Positions 19,502-29,481 of a DNA stretch of 50,048 nt are shown in pieces. The translations under genes and the position numbers were made by a program. The DNA is taken from assembly GCA_947085365.1 (NCBI GenBank), contig CAMTWD010000009.1:1-50048 (forward strand), read 5' to 3'. Source of the stretch: an uncultured Nitrospirota bacterium. GTDB lineage: Bacteria > Nitrospirota > Thermodesulfovibrionia > Thermodesulfovibrionales > CALJEL01. The notes under the pieces were generated by a model that was not told the DNA's origin, made no database searches, and saw nothing but the letters and a program-made list of their open reading frames with translations. How positions within the stretch are numbered: the stretch's first letter is position 1; each line of letters opens with the position of its first letter.

Positions 19502-20763
19502 GTTCCCCTATTAGTTCGCCACTAATTGATCAGAGGGTTTATGAGGCAATATTCCTTGAGGATGATGAGAAAAAGAGAAGGGCCCTTCTTCAATTGAAGG
19601 AGGAGGCAAAGGCAGAGGGCATAATACCATCATCTATATATCCCCTTTACAAGAAGATGGCAGAGAGCTACCCAGGATTTACCATTCCTGCTATAAACAT
19701 AAGGGGACTCACCTATGATTTTGCAAGGGCGGTTTTTAAAAAGGCTATGGAACTTAATGTGGGGGCCTTTATCTTTGAGATTGCCCGTTCAGAGATAGGG
19801 TATACAAAACAGAGGCCCCTTGAATATTGTGCGGTAATCTTGGCTGCAGCCCTCAGAGAGGGATTTCGTGGTCCTGTCTTTCTTCAGGGAGATCACTTCC
19901 AGATTGTTAAAAGGAATTTTGAAAAGGATCCTGAAGCTGAGGTAAATTATCTCAAGGGATTGATCAAGGAGGCAATAGAGGCAGAGTTTTACAATATAGA
20001 TATAGATACCTCCACCCTTGTTGATCTATCAAAGGAAGAGATAGAGGAACAGCAGAGACTGAACTTTGAATACACAGCACTTTTTGCTGAATACATAAGG
20101 TCTTCTCAGCCAGAAGGTGTAACTATATCCATTGGTGGAGAGATCGGAGAGATCGGACACAAAAATAGCACACCTGAGGAATTGAGGGCCTATCTGGATG
20201 GTTTTAAGAAGGTCTTTAAAGGTAAAGATGGACTGAGTAAGATAAGTGTCCAGACAGGCACGAGCCATGGAGGGGTTGTCCTTCCTGACGGAACCTTAAA
20301 GGAGGTAAATATTGATTTTGAGACACTGAGAACCCTTTCAGAGATTGCAAGGAGGGAATACGGACTTGCTGGAGCAGTTCAACACGGAGCATCCACATTG
20401 CCAGAGGAGGCCTTTGATATCTTTCCTCAGGTAGGGACGGCAGAGATCCATCTTGCCACAGGTTTTCAGAATATAATCTATGAAAGCAGGGCCCTTCCGG
20501 ATTCCTTCAGGAAGGAGGTATATGAGTATCTGAAAAGGGAGTTTAGCTCAGAAAGAAAAGAGGGCGAGACAGAAGAACAGTTTATCTATAAGATAAGGAA
20601 AAAAGGGTTTGGTGCCCTTAAAAAGAGGTGGTGGGATCTGCCTGAGGAGACGAGGGCCTCTCTGAGAGAGGAGCTTTCAGAAAGATTCGGATTACTCTTT
20701 AAAAAACTGAAGGTTGTTGATACAAAAGAACTTGTGAAGACCCTTACCTCAGTGGCGAGGTAA
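19498..20763 (+). CDS. fba: Class II fructose-bisphosphate aldolase family protein (long form)
   Basis: Class II aldolase-like blocks (FLQGDHFQ, VQTGTSHGG, AVQHGASTLP). Adjacent to pfk. The stop codon is the TAA of a motif copy (SVAR*). Confidence 0.75.
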   Translation: MSSPISSPLIDQRVYEAIFLEDDEKKRRALLQLKEEAKAEGIIPSSIYPLYKKMAESYPGFTIPAINIRGLTYDFARAVFKKAMELNVGAFIFEIARSEIGYTKQRPLEYCAVILAAALREGFRGPVFLQGDHFQIVKRNFEKDPEAEVNYLKGLIKEAIEAEFYNIDIDTSTLVDLSKEEIEEQQRLNFEYTALFAEYIRSSQPEGVTISIGGEIGEIGHKNSTPEELRAYLDGFKKVFKGKDGLSKISVQTGTSHGGVVLPDGTLKEVNIDFETLRTLSEIARREYGLAGAVQHGASTLPEEAFDIFPQVGTAEIHLATGFQNIIYESRALPDSFRKEVYEYLKREFSSERKEGETEEQFIYKIRKKGFGALKKRWWDLPEETRASLREELSERFGLLFKKLKVVDTKELVKTLTSVAR

Positions 20764-20767
20764 CAGT
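20751..20767 (+). repeat. Family-A copy providing the fba stop codon and lying 2 nt from the pfk ATG
   Basis: agtggcgaggTAAcagtaATG. Confidence 0.9.
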
Positions 20768-20768
20768 A

Positions 20769-22037
20769 ATGAGCAGGAATAAAGGTTATTTCGGAATAGT
20801 TGTTGGTGGAGGCCCTGCCCCTGGAATAAATGGAGTCATAAGCTCTGCCACTATAGAGGCCATAAATAAGGGATTCAGGGTCTTCGGAATAAAGGGTGGA
20901 TTTAAAGGCCTCTTTAATGGAGACAGAAGTGTATTTATTGAACTGAAGATTGATGATGTCTCCAGGATCCATACCACCGGGGGTTCAATCCTTGGCACAT
21001 CAAGGGATTATCCTGATAAGGTAAAGGAAAGGTTCAAGACCCTTCTTAAAACCCTTAAGGCGATGAAGATCAGATACCTCATAACGATAGGGGGAGAGGG
21101 CACGGCCTTCATGGCAAACTGGATCCAGAAGTCTGCTGAATGGCTCTCTGTTGTCCATGTACCAAAGACTATTGATAATGATATACCCCTTCCAGGAGGT
21201 ATACCCACCTTTGGCTATGAAACAGCAAGACACTGGGGTGTGGAGATTGTAAAGAATATAATGGAAGATGCAAGGACGATGCAGCGATGGTATTTTATAA
21301 CCACGATGGGAAGACATTCAGGTCATCTTGCCCTTGGAATAGGTAAGGCCTCAGGTGCAACTATAACCCTTATACCTGAGGAATTTCCTGAAAAGGTTGT
21401 TCCTCTGAGAAAGGTTGCAGAAATCCTTGCAGGCTCGATCATCAAGAGGTTTGCCATGAATCGACCCTATGGAGTGGCAATCCTTGCAGAGGGGATTGCT
21501 GAAAAACTTGATAGAGATGAACTCATGAGATATGAATATCTTGAAAAGGATGAAACAGGAAGGATAAGGCTTTCAGAGATACAGCTCGGCAGGGTCCTTA
21601 AACATGAGGTGAAGAAGATCCTTGAGGAATATTCCATAAAGACCACGATCGTTGACAAGAATATTGGATACGAACTGAGGGCAGCCCCACCGATCCCCTT
21701 TGATGTGGAATACACGAGAAACCTTGGCTTTGGGGCTGTGAAATTCCTTCTTGAAGGTGGAAAGGGTTCTATAATCTGTTTTGAAGAGGGGAGGGTGAGG
21801 GAGATTCCCTTCAGTCAGATTACTGATGAAGAGGGAAGGATAAGTCCCAGGCTCGTGGATATCCATTCAGAAAATTATATTGTTGGCAGGATGTATATGA
21901 TAAGGCTTGAGGAAGAAGACTTCAGGGGTGAGATGCTCAAGAGGCTTGCAAAGGTAACAGGCCTTACCCCCCAGGAATTTAAAAAGAGGTACTCTTATCT
22001 AACAGAAGGTTATTCCTGTAAGCCCGTCTCTCTTTAG
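20769..22037 (+). CDS. pfk: 6-phosphofructokinase (ATP- or PPi-dependent, PfkA family)
   Basis: GGGPAPGINGVI, TIGGEGT, PKTIDNDI, TMGRHSGHLAL. Confidence 0.9.
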   Translation: MSRNKGYFGIVVGGGPAPGINGVISSATIEAINKGFRVFGIKGGFKGLFNGDRSVFIELKIDDVSRIHTTGGSILGTSRDYPDKVKERFKTLLKTLKAMKIRYLITIGGEGTAFMANWIQKSAEWLSVVHVPKTIDNDIPLPGGIPTFGYETARHWGVEIVKNIMEDARTMQRWYFITTMGRHSGHLALGIGKASGATITLIPEEFPEKVVPLRKVAEILAGSIIKRFAMNRPYGVAILAEGIAEKLDRDELMRYEYLEKDETGRIRLSEIQLGRVLKHEVKKILEEYSIKTTIVDKNIGYELRAAPPIPFDVEYTRNLGFGAVKFLLEGGKGSIICFEEGRVREIPFSQITDEEGRISPRLVDIHSENYIVGRMYMIRLEEEDFRGEMLKRLAKVTGLTPQEFKKRYSYLTEGYSCKPVSL

Positions 22038-22224
22038 ACCTTCTCCTTGTTGAGAGCCTGCCACCTGTACCAGAAGGTTTTATAACTGAGGCCAAGAAGC
22101 CTTCCCAACATCCTTTGAGATTCTTCATGGCTCGCTTAAGAAGGTCTCTTTCAAGCCCTTCAATTTCTCGTAGGAGGTAACTGGAGGCTTGCCCTGAGTG
22201 GTCTTGCTGTAGTAGGATATTCCT

Positions 22225-25200
22225 ATGCGAAGCCATTCTGAGTATGTTCCCCTACACCTACACACAGAATACAGCCTTCTTGATGGAGCAATAAAGATAG
22301 ATGAACTTGTGAAGGTGGCTTCAGAATTCCGCCTTCCCGCCCTTGCCATTACAGATCATGGAAATATCTTTGGTGCTATAGAGTTTTATGAGAAGGTATC
22401 AAAGGCTGGCATTAAACCCATCATAGGAGCCGAGGTATATGTTGCACCTGAGAGTAGATTTAAAAAACATACTGAGAGAGGAAGCACAAAAGATTCCAAC
22501 TGTTACCTCGCCACTAAGTGTGGTGAGAATGCCTATCATCTGATTCTTCTTGCAAAGGACATCTCAGGATACAAAAATCTCATGAGGCTTCTGACCCTTG
22601 CCCATCTTGAGGGCTTTTACTATAAGCCCAGGATAGACAACGACCTTTTGGAACAATATTCCGGAGGGCTCATAGCCCTCTCTTCCTGTATGAAGGGAGA
22701 GATACCCCTTCTTTTATTGAAAGGCGATATAGATGGAGCTCGCAGAAGGGCCCTTTATTATAAAAATCTCTTTGGACCTGAAAATTTTTACATTGAGCTT
22801 CAGGCAAATGGTATTCCAGAACAGGAGGAGCTCAACAAGAGGCTCGCCCTACTGGCGGAGGAGATTCATGTGGGTGTAGTGGCAACCAATGATTGCCATT
22901 ATCTGAGAAGAGAAGATGCAAAGGCTCACGAGATATTGCTCTGCATCCAGACAAATAAGACCATTAATGACACCGACAGGATGAGATTCCCGACAGATGA
23001 GTTTTATTTTAAGTCTCCTGATGAGATGATGGCGGAGTTTAGCTCAGTTCCAGAGGCAATAAGGAATACAGTTCGGATAGCCGAGAGGTGCAATCTTACC
23101 CTCGAACTCGGCAAACCCCTTCTGCCTGAATTCAGCACACCTGATGGAAGTCCCCCCGAGGTCTTTCTTGAAAGGATTTCGATAGAGGGGCTCAAGAGGA
23201 GGTTCAGGGATAAGGAGATACCCGAGAATTATCGCAAGAGGCTTCATGGGGAGCTCCAGATGATAAAGAAGATGGGATATTCCTCTTATTTTCTTATAGT
23301 ATGGGATTTCATAAGATTTGCTAAGGAGAGGGATATACCAGTGGGGCCTGGAAGGGGTTCTGCTGCAGGAAGCCTTGTGGCATGGGCACTGGGCATTACA
23401 GAGATTGACCCTATAAGGTATTCCCTCCTTTTTGAGAGATTTCTCAATCCTGAGCGGGTAAGTATGCCTGACATAGATGTGGATTTCTGCAGGGACAGGC
23501 GTGAGGAAGTAATAAGATATGTCCAGGAGAAATACGGTGTAGATCAGGTGGCACAGATAATTACCTTTGGGACCATGGCATCAAGGGCTGCTGTAAGGGA
23601 TACAGGAAGGGTGCTCGGTATGCCCTATCAGGAGGTGGACAGGATTGCAAAGCTTATTCCAGTGAGTGCTACTAAGGAGATAAATCTGAAGACCGCCCTT
23701 GAGCTTTCACCTCCACTTAAAGAATCCTATGAAAAAGACCCCAAGGTGAAAGGGCTTATTGATATAGCCATGAAGCTTGAAGGTCTCAAGAGGCATGCCT
23801 CAGTGCATGCTGCTGGTGTGGTAATAGCACCTGAGCCACTTACGGAATATACTGCCCTTTACAAGGGTTCTAAAGGCGACGAGACGATAACGACACAGTT
23901 TGACCTTGAGGCCCTTGAGAAGGTGGGGCTTATAAAATTTGATTTCTTAGGGCTTGATACCCTCACTATAATCGATAGGACAGTGAAATATATAAAAGAA
24001 AAAGAGAGGGATTTTGATCTGAACCAGATCCCCCTTGACGATAAAGAGACATACAGGTTGCTCTCTGAGGGAAGGACTGCAGGCATCTTTCAGCTTGAGG
24101 GTTCTGGGATGAGGGAGCTTCTTATGAAGTTGCAACCTGATAGATTTGATGACCTTATTGCCCTTGTGGCACTTTACAGACCTGGCCCCTTAGGAAGTGG
24201 GATGGTTGATGATTTTATAAAAAGAAAGAAAGGCCTTGTCCCTGTAGAATACGACCTGCCAGAACTTAAGGATATCCTTGATGAGACCTATGGTGTGATT
24301 CTCTATCAGGAACAGGTAATGAGGATCTCCAATGTTATTGCAGGATTCTCCATGGGTCAGGCTGATCTCCTCCGGAGGGCTATCTCAAAGAAGGATCCTA
24401 TTCTTATGGAGGAGATGAAGGAGAAGTTTATTAGGGGTGCCTTGGAGCGTGGCTATTCAGAGGAGGTTGCCAGTAGGCTTTTCGGGCTGATTGAATATTT
24501 TGGTAATTACGGATTCAATAAATCCCATTCAGCTGCCTATGCCCTTCTTGCCTATCAGACCGCCTATCTTAAGACGCACTATCCTGTGGAGTTTATGGCT
24601 GCCTCTCTTAGTGCAGAGGTTAACAAGACTGAAAAGATCATAAGGCTTATAAATGAATGCGATGCGATGGGAGTAAGGATATTACCTCCTGATATTAATA
24701 AGAGTAGCGCTGAATTTACTATTGAAGATGGTGCGATAAGATTTGGCTTAAAGGCAGTAAAGGGTGTGGGTGTAGGGGCAATTTCCGCCATCACAGAGGA
24801 AAGGGATAAGAGGCCTTTTGAGTCCTTAGAGGATTTTTTAAAAAGGATGGTGGATGATCCTACCAATTGTTCCCTCACCACCGATAGTGGCGAAGTAACA
24901 GGGGGTCTCACAGGGGGGAACGAATGTTCCCCCCTGTGTACCCCCGAAGTAACAGGGAGAAGGCGCCTCAGCAAAAAGGTTATTGAGGCACTTATAAAGG
25001 CTGGCGCCTTTGATTCCTTCGGGATTTCGAGGCAGGAGGCCCTCCAGATCCTTGAATCGCCCAGAAGCAGAAAGAGCAGGATACAGCCGAGCATGTTTGA
25101 TGCGGTTGAGGAGGGGTCAGAAAATAAAAAGGATTTCTCACTGGTACCTTCGCCACCAATCGGATTCAGCCCTGATACCCTACAACTTGAAAAGAAATTT

Positions 25201-26046
25201 GAATGGAATCAGGCTATAAATCTTGCCTATGAAAAGGAGGCACTCGGTTTTTATATCTCTGGTCATCCCCTTCAGCCCTTCAGAGAGATCCTCAGGATAT
25301 TTGGTGTAAAGGAGATAGAGGAGTTAAAGACAAAGGTGATGGGGATAGAGAGTGTTACTTCGCCCCTGTCGGTGGTGAAGGTAACAGATGAGGAAGGGCA
25401 ATATAACGAGGATCTCCTCGGATGGCAAAGTAATGGGGAAGAGGGTTTAGGTATTGATAGATCTTCAACTGTTACCTCGCCACCAAGCACTGTTTGCTTC
25501 ATTGCAGGTCTGGTACTGGATATAAAAAGACACAGGACAAGGGAAAGGAATGAACTTATGGCCTTCGTGACACTGGAGGATGAATTTGGTACTGTTGAGA
25601 TGGTGGTCTTCCCAGAGCTTTACAAGGCTTCTATGAGCATACTTGAAAAGGGCTCCCTCGTTGTTATAAGGGGTAAGGCGGACCTTTCAGAAAAGGGCCT
25701 GAAGATCATAGCAGAAGAGCTCTGGGACTTGGAGACCTTTATAAGGAATGGTCTTAATAGGTGCTCGAGATTGAATATCCACCTCGAACTCTTTAAGACC
25801 AGAAAAGAAGACCTCATGAGGCTGATAGAGATAATTAGAGAAGACTCGAGTGGTGAAGCAACAGTTGTAGGGGTAAACGGTGGTGAAGGTAACAGTTACG
25901 GAGAGGGTCTCCCCCTCTATATCGAACTTCTCATGCCTGATTGCACCGTGAGTATTCAGAGTAGATTCAGGGTGAATCCTGATTTTAGGGTTATAAAAAG
26001 GATTCAGGAATTACTGGGTAGAAACAGTGTGGAGGTGATCTGTTGA
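22225..26046 (+). CDS. dnaE: DNA polymerase III alpha subunit
   Basis: PHP domain ([18 protein letters not shown]), polymerase core ([37 protein letters not shown]) and OB-fold region. At 1273 aa it is about 100 aa longer than typical DnaE because of repeat-derived inserts. Confidence 0.97.
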   Translation: MRSHSEYVPLHLHTEYSLLDGAIKIDELVKVASEFRLPALAITDHGNIFGAIEFYEKVSKAGIKPIIGAEVYVAPESRFKKHTERGSTKDSNCYLATKCGENAYHLILLAKDISGYKNLMRLLTLAHLEGFYYKPRIDNDLLEQYSGGLIALSSCMKGEIPLLLLKGDIDGARRRALYYKNLFGPENFYIELQANGIPEQEELNKRLALLAEEIHVGVVATNDCHYLRREDAKAHEILLCIQTNKTINDTDRMRFPTDEFYFKSPDEMMAEFSSVPEAIRNTVRIAERCNLTLELGKPLLPEFSTPDGSPPEVFLERISIEGLKRRFRDKEIPENYRKRLHGELQMIKKMGYSSYFLIVWDFIRFAKERDIPVGPGRGSAAGSLVAWALGITEIDPIRYSLLFERFLNPERVSMPDIDVDFCRDRREEVIRYVQEKYGVDQVAQIITFGTMASRAAVRDTGRVLGMPYQEVDRIAKLIPVSATKEINLKTALELSPPLKESYEKDPKVKGLIDIAMKLEGLKRHASVHAAGVVIAPEPLTEYTALYKGSKGDETITTQFDLEALEKVGLIKFDFLGLDTLTIIDRTVKYIKEKERDFDLNQIPLDDKETYRLLSEGRTAGIFQLEGSGMRELLMKLQPDRFDDLIALVALYRPGPLGSGMVDDFIKRKKGLVPVEYDLPELKDILDETYGVILYQEQVMRISNVIAGFSMGQADLLRRAISKKDPILMEEMKEKFIRGALERGYSEEVASRLFGLIEYFGNYGFNKSHSAAYALLAYQTAYLKTHYPVEFMAASLSAEVNKTEKIIRLINECDAMGVRILPPDINKSSAEFTIEDGAIRFGLKAVKGVGVGAISAITEERDKRPFESLEDFLKRMVDDPTNCSLTTDSGEVTGGLTGGNECSPLCTPEVTGRRRLSKKVIEALIKAGAFDSFGISRQEALQILESPRSRKSRIQPSMFDAVEEGSENKKDFSLVPSPPIGFSPDTLQLEKKFEWNQAINLAYEKEALGFYISGHPLQPFREILRIFGVKEIEELKTKVMGIESVTSPLSVVKVTDEEGQYNEDLLGWQSNGEEGLGIDRSSTVTSPPSTVCFIAGLVLDIKRHRTRERNELMAFVTLEDEFGTVEMVVFPELYKASMSILEKGSLVVIRGKADLSEKGLKIIAEELWDLETFIRNGLNRCSRLNIHLELFKTRKEDLMRLIEIIREDSSGEATVVGVNGGEGNSYGEGLPLYIELLMPDCTVSIQSRFRVNPDFRVIKRIQELLGRNSVEVIC
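22497..22519 (-). repeat. Family-A copy in the dnaE PHP-domain region (NCYLATK)
   Basis: caactgttacctcgccactaagt. Confidence 0.9.
24865..24955. repeat. Composite in dnaE: reverse family-A copy, forward family-A copy, family-B G-rich palindrome (inverted orientation), family-A half copy
   Basis: caattgttccctcaccaccgat agtggcgaagtaaca GGGGGTCTCACAGGGGGGAACgaatGTTCCCCCCTGTGTACCCCCG aagtaacag. Translated as [31 protein letters not shown]. Confidence 0.9.
25141..25160 (-). repeat. Family-A copy in dnaE (LVPSPPI)
   Basis: ctggtaccttcgccaccaat. Confidence 0.6.
25351..25387. repeat. Inverted pair of family-A copies in dnaE ([12 protein letters not shown])
   Basis: agtgttacttcgcccctg tcggtggtgaaggtaacag. 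Confidence 0.7.
25466..25487 (-). repeat. Family-A copy in dnaE (STVTSPPS)
   Basis: caactgttacctcgccaccaag. Confidence 0.9.
25847..25896 (+). repeat. Two family-A copies in the dnaE C-terminal region (SSGEATV...GGEGNS)
   Basis: cgagtggtgaagcaacagt ... acggtggtgaaggtaacagt. Confidence 0.7.
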
Positions 26047-27020
26047 GTTATTATTTTGACTTTGAAAAACCCATCCAGGAACTTGAACTAAAGATAGAGG
26101 AATTGAGGGTCTTTTCTGATGGCAGGGAGATTGACCTTTCAAAGGAACTTGCAGAGCTTCAAAAGAAGGTAGAAAAACTCAGAAAGGAGATATATTCCAA
26201 TCTCACACCCTGGCAGAAGACCCTTCTGGCAAGACATCCTGAGAGGCCTTATACCCTTGATTACATAAATCTTATCGCACGGGATTTTGTTGAGCTTCAT
26301 GGAGACAGGCTTTTTGGAGATGATCCAGCTATTGTGGGAGGCCCCTGCTACATAGGAGAGAGGTCTGTAATGATCATAGGACACCAGAAGGGCAGGACCA
26401 CAAAGGAGAGGATATTCAGAAATTTTGGTCAGCCCCATCCCGAAGGGTATAGAAAGGCCTTGAGATTGATGAGACTTGCTGAAAGATTCAAGATGCCTGT
26501 GGTAACCTTCATCGATACGCCTGGTGCCTATCCAGGCATAGGAGCTGAAGAGAGGGGACAGGCAGAGGCCATTGCTACAAACCTTATGGTGATGGCAAGA
26601 CTCAGGGTTCCCATTGTCTCAATAGTAATTGGAGAGGGTGGTAGCGGAGGGGCCCTGGCACTGAGCGTGGCTGACAGGATATATATGCTGGAAAATGCTG
26701 TATATTCTGTGATCTCTCCTGAGGGATGTGCTGCCATACTGTGGAAAAAGGATGGAGACCTCACCGAGGAGGATTATGCCAGGGCTGCTGAGGCCCTGAA
26801 GCTTACTGCAAAAGACCTTCTGGATTATAAGATTATTGATGGGATTATACCAGAGCCCCTCGGAGGTGCCCACAGGGATGTTCGGTCTGTGGCATCAGAA
26901 ATGGAACGTTTGATAATATCGAGTATTCAGGAGCTATCCCAGAAGCCTGTGGCAGAACTCTTGGAGGAGAGGTATAAAAGATTCAGAAAGATCGGGATCT
27001 TCCATGAGGTTGTTCGTTAA
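26043..27020 (+). CDS. accA: Acetyl-CoA carboxylase carboxyltransferase alpha subunit
   Basis: [47 protein letters not shown] start overlaps the dnaE stop. Confidence 0.93.
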   Translation: MSYYFDFEKPIQELELKIEELRVFSDGREIDLSKELAELQKKVEKLRKEIYSNLTPWQKTLLARHPERPYTLDYINLIARDFVELHGDRLFGDDPAIVGGPCYIGERSVMIIGHQKGRTTKERIFRNFGQPHPEGYRKALRLMRLAERFKMPVVTFIDTPGAYPGIGAEERGQAEAIATNLMVMARLRVPIVSIVIGEGGSGGALALSVADRIYMLENAVYSVISPEGCAAILWKKDGDLTEEDYARAAEALKLTAKDLLDYKIIDGIIPEPLGGAHRDVRSVASEMERLIISSIQELSQKPVAELLEERYKRFRKIGIFHEVVR

Positions 27021-27060
27021 AACAATAAGCAAAATTTATTACCACATCAAAAAAAAGAAT

Positions 27061-27089
27061 TTGACTTAAAAGTGTAAGAGTCTTATAGT
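27061..27089 (+). promoter_or_regulatory. Sigma70-type promoter upstream of adk-sat
   Basis: TTGACT (27061-27066), 17-nt spacer, TATAGT (27084-27089), about 40 nt upstream of the adk ATG. Confidence 0.6.
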
Positions 27090-27131
27090 AGATTGATTTT
27101 TGTGTCTCACTTTAAGTTTTTGGAGGAATCC

Positions 27132-27782
27132 ATGAGGCTTGTCTTCTTAGGTGCACCTGGAGCAGGTAAAGGTACCCAGGCAAAAAGACTTATTGAAAGG
27201 TATTCTATTCCCCAGATCTCCACAGGTGATATCCTCAGAAAGGCTGTGAGTGATGGAACCCCACTTGGTAAAGAGGCAAAATCTTATATGGATAGGGGGG
27301 AGCTTGTGCCTGATAGTGTAGTGATAGGAATTATAAGAGAGAGGTTAAAGGAGCCTGACTGTCAGAAAGGCTATATCCTTGATGGATTCCCCAGGAATGT
27401 GGCTCAGGCAAAGGCACTGGATGATATGCTGAAAGAACTAAACTCCCCTCTTGATTATGCCATCAGTATAGATGTGCCTTTTGATGAACTCATGAAGAGG
27501 CTTACTGGAAGAAGGACCTGCAAAAGCTGCGGGCAGATGTACAATATCTATTTTTCACCCCCCCAGAAGGATGGGGTCTGCGACAGGTGTGGTGGAGAGC
27601 TTTTTCAGAGGGATGATGATAAAGAGGAGACCATCCGTAAAAGGCTTGAGGTCTATGAGGCCCAGACAGCTCCTGTTATAGATTATTACAGGGAAAAAGG
27701 GATACTCAGGTCTGTTCCTGGAACAGGCAGTATAGAGGATATATTTAATAAGATAATCTCAATCTTAGAGAAAAGGGGGTAA
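27132..27782 (+). CDS. adk: Adenylate kinase (zinc-lid type)
   Basis: GAPGAGKGTQ P-loop and lid Cys pairs CKSCG...CDRCG. The ATG at 27132 follows GGAGG. Confidence 0.95.
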   Translation: MRLVFLGAPGAGKGTQAKRLIERYSIPQISTGDILRKAVSDGTPLGKEAKSYMDRGELVPDSVVIGIIRERLKEPDCQKGYILDGFPRNVAQAKALDDMLKELNSPLDYAISIDVPFDELMKRLTGRRTCKSCGQMYNIYFSPPQKDGVCDRCGGELFQRDDDKEETIRKRLEVYEAQTAPVIDYYREKGILRSVPGTGSIEDIFNKIISILEKRG

Positions 27783-27786
27783 ATCT

Positions 27787-29106
27787 ATGGCTAAGAAGAG
27801 AGCAGCAAAGAAAAAGACCTCTGCTAAGGCCAGAAAAAGGGTTACAGCAAAGGTTGACAATTCCCTTAGCCCTCATGGTGGAAGACCGGTAAACAGGGTT
27901 ATTGAGGATAGGGAAAAGGCAAAGAGGCTTGCAAATAAGGCAAAGGTCGCCCTGGATATAAGGGATCAGCATGCAAGAGAGATAGTGAGTATAGCCTACG
28001 GATTCTTCTCACCTGTTGATGGATTCATGAAAGAGGCCGATGTGGCAAGCATCTGTAAAAAGATGACACTCTCCAGTGGTTATGTCTGGAGCATTCCGAT
28101 AGTATTTGACCTTTCCGATGAGGAGATTAGGTCAATGGGGATCAAGGAAGGAGACATCCTTCTTCTCAAATACCAGAACCAGCCCTTTGCAACCTTGGAG
28201 GTTGAGGAGATCTATTCCTTTGATAAGAGGCTCATGGCAGTAAGTGTCTATGGCACTGATGATGAAAAACATCCTGGTGTCAAGAGGACCTACCAGTATA
28301 AGGATAAATTTATTGGTGGCAGGATCTCCCTTATAAATCCTCCGAGGATCAATCCTCCCTTTGATAAATTCTGGTATCCACCAGCTCAGTCAAGAAAGAA
28401 GTTTAAGGAGCTTGGCTGGAAGCATGTAGTGGCCCACCAGACCAGGAATGTTCCCCACACGGGTCATGAATGGCTCATGAAAGGTGCATGGTTTGAGGCC
28501 AAGGCTGATGTGGAGACCAATGAGTGTGGTGTCCTTGTAAACTGTGTTGTGGGAGAGAAGCGCAAGGGAGACTATATTGATGAGGCAATAGTCCTGAGCC
28601 ATGCAGCCCTTGGAGAACATGGATATTTCAAGCAGGGAACCCATATGGTATCAATACTCCTCTGGGATATGAGATATGCGGGTCCAAAGGAGGCGGTATT
28701 CCATGCCATAGTGAGAAAGAATATAGGATGCACCCATCACATGTTTGGTCGTGACCACGCTGGAGTGGGTGATTACTATGATAAGTATGCTGCCCATGAG
28801 ATATTTAAGAAGATCCCTCCCCTTGGTATAAAATCTGTTCTCACCCTCGAATGGTGGTATTGCCCGAGCTGTGGAGAGGTTACCTATGAGGGATTATGCG
28901 GACACAAACCCCAGAAGTTCAGCGGTAGCCTCTTAAGGAGCATCCTTCTTGATGGAGTCAAACCCACAAGGCTTATAATGAGGCCTGAGGTCTTTGATAC
29001 AGTCATGATGGCTGCCGAAGAATATGGATTTGGTAACCCCTTTGTGGATGACAGATACCTTAAAGAAAGAAATGAAGTAATGACAGTTCCACCAATGGAG
29101 GTGTAA
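27787..29106 (+). CDS. sat: Sulfate adenylyltransferase (ATP sulfurylase), dissimilatory type
   Basis: QTRNVPHTGHE and GRDHAGVG signature blocks. Positioned upstream of aprBA. Confidence 0.93.
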   Translation: MAKKRAAKKKTSAKARKRVTAKVDNSLSPHGGRPVNRVIEDREKAKRLANKAKVALDIRDQHAREIVSIAYGFFSPVDGFMKEADVASICKKMTLSSGYVWSIPIVFDLSDEEIRSMGIKEGDILLLKYQNQPFATLEVEEIYSFDKRLMAVSVYGTDDEKHPGVKRTYQYKDKFIGGRISLINPPRINPPFDKFWYPPAQSRKKFKELGWKHVVAHQTRNVPHTGHEWLMKGAWFEAKADVETNECGVLVNCVVGEKRKGDYIDEAIVLSHAALGEHGYFKQGTHMVSILLWDMRYAGPKEAVFHAIVRKNIGCTHHMFGRDHAGVGDYYDKYAAHEIFKKIPPLGIKSVLTLEWWYCPSCGEVTYEGLCGHKPQKFSGSLLRSILLDGVKPTRLIMRPEVFDTVMMAAEEYGFGNPFVDDRYLKERNEVMTVPPMEV

Positions 29107-29107
29107 T

Positions 29108-29410
29108 ATGGCAGAGACATTTCCAATCTACATCTGGATTAATGAGGAGAGGTTTGCAAAGCTCCAGCAGGCAGGCCTTGCTGAGAAGGCAGTAGAGGCC
29201 TTTGCAGGACTGAAGAGGCTGGAGGTCCATGCAAACGAGACGCAGAAGGATGAGCTTCTTAAGAGATTTCCTGGTTCAAAGTGTGATCTTTCCACAACCC
29301 GCAGTATAGAGCTACTGCCAAGGGCCTTTAAGGATAAACTCTTTGAAAAGGTTCTTGAGCTGAGAAGCCTTGGACCTGAAGTAGTTGATGCAGCTTTAAA
29401 GAGTGCATAG
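29108..29410 (+). CDS. Hypothetical 100-aa protein between sat and aprB
   Basis: Tightly packed ORF (starts 2 nt after the sat stop) with ordinary amino-acid composition. I recognise no family. Confidence 0.5.
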   Translation: MAETFPIYIWINEERFAKLQQAGLAEKAVEAFAGLKRLEVHANETQKDELLKRFPGSKCDLSTTRSIELLPRAFKDKLFEKVLELRSLGPEVVDAALKSA

Positions 29411-29414
29411 TTAG

Positions 29415-29434
29415 TTTAGTGGCGAGGTAACAGT
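29415..29434 (+). repeat. Family-A copy between ORF100 and aprB
   Basis: tttagtggcgaggtaacagt. Confidence 0.9.
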
Positions 29435-29435
29435 T

Positions 29436-29453
29436 GGCCTCGTTGAGGCCTTT
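29436..29453 (+). terminator. Short hairpin plus T-run between the sat-ORF100 unit and aprB (possible attenuator)
   Basis: GGCCTC-gtt-GAGGCC followed by TTT. Lies immediately after a family-A motif copy. Confidence 0.3.
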
Positions 29454-29481
29454 AAAATAATAAACAAGGAGGAAAAGGGCT

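Noticed and set aside
21979-22349. Minus-strand ORFs (85 aa and 74 aa) lie in the pfk-dnaE intergenic region. The LLREIEGLERDLLKRA segment is faintly reminiscent of an IS3-type OrfA leucine zipper, so this might be an IS remnant.
   Set aside because: It is too short, has no DDE or HTH motifs or terminal repeats, and overlaps the pfk 3' end and the dnaE 5' end. I treat the region as the dnaE promoter and leader.
22225-26046. The extra segments in DnaE might be inteins.
   Set aside because: The inserts are only 7-31 aa long, lack intein splicing blocks (N-terminal Cys/Ser and a C-terminal His-Asn plus nucleophile), and are made of the same nucleotide motif found in intergenic DNA.
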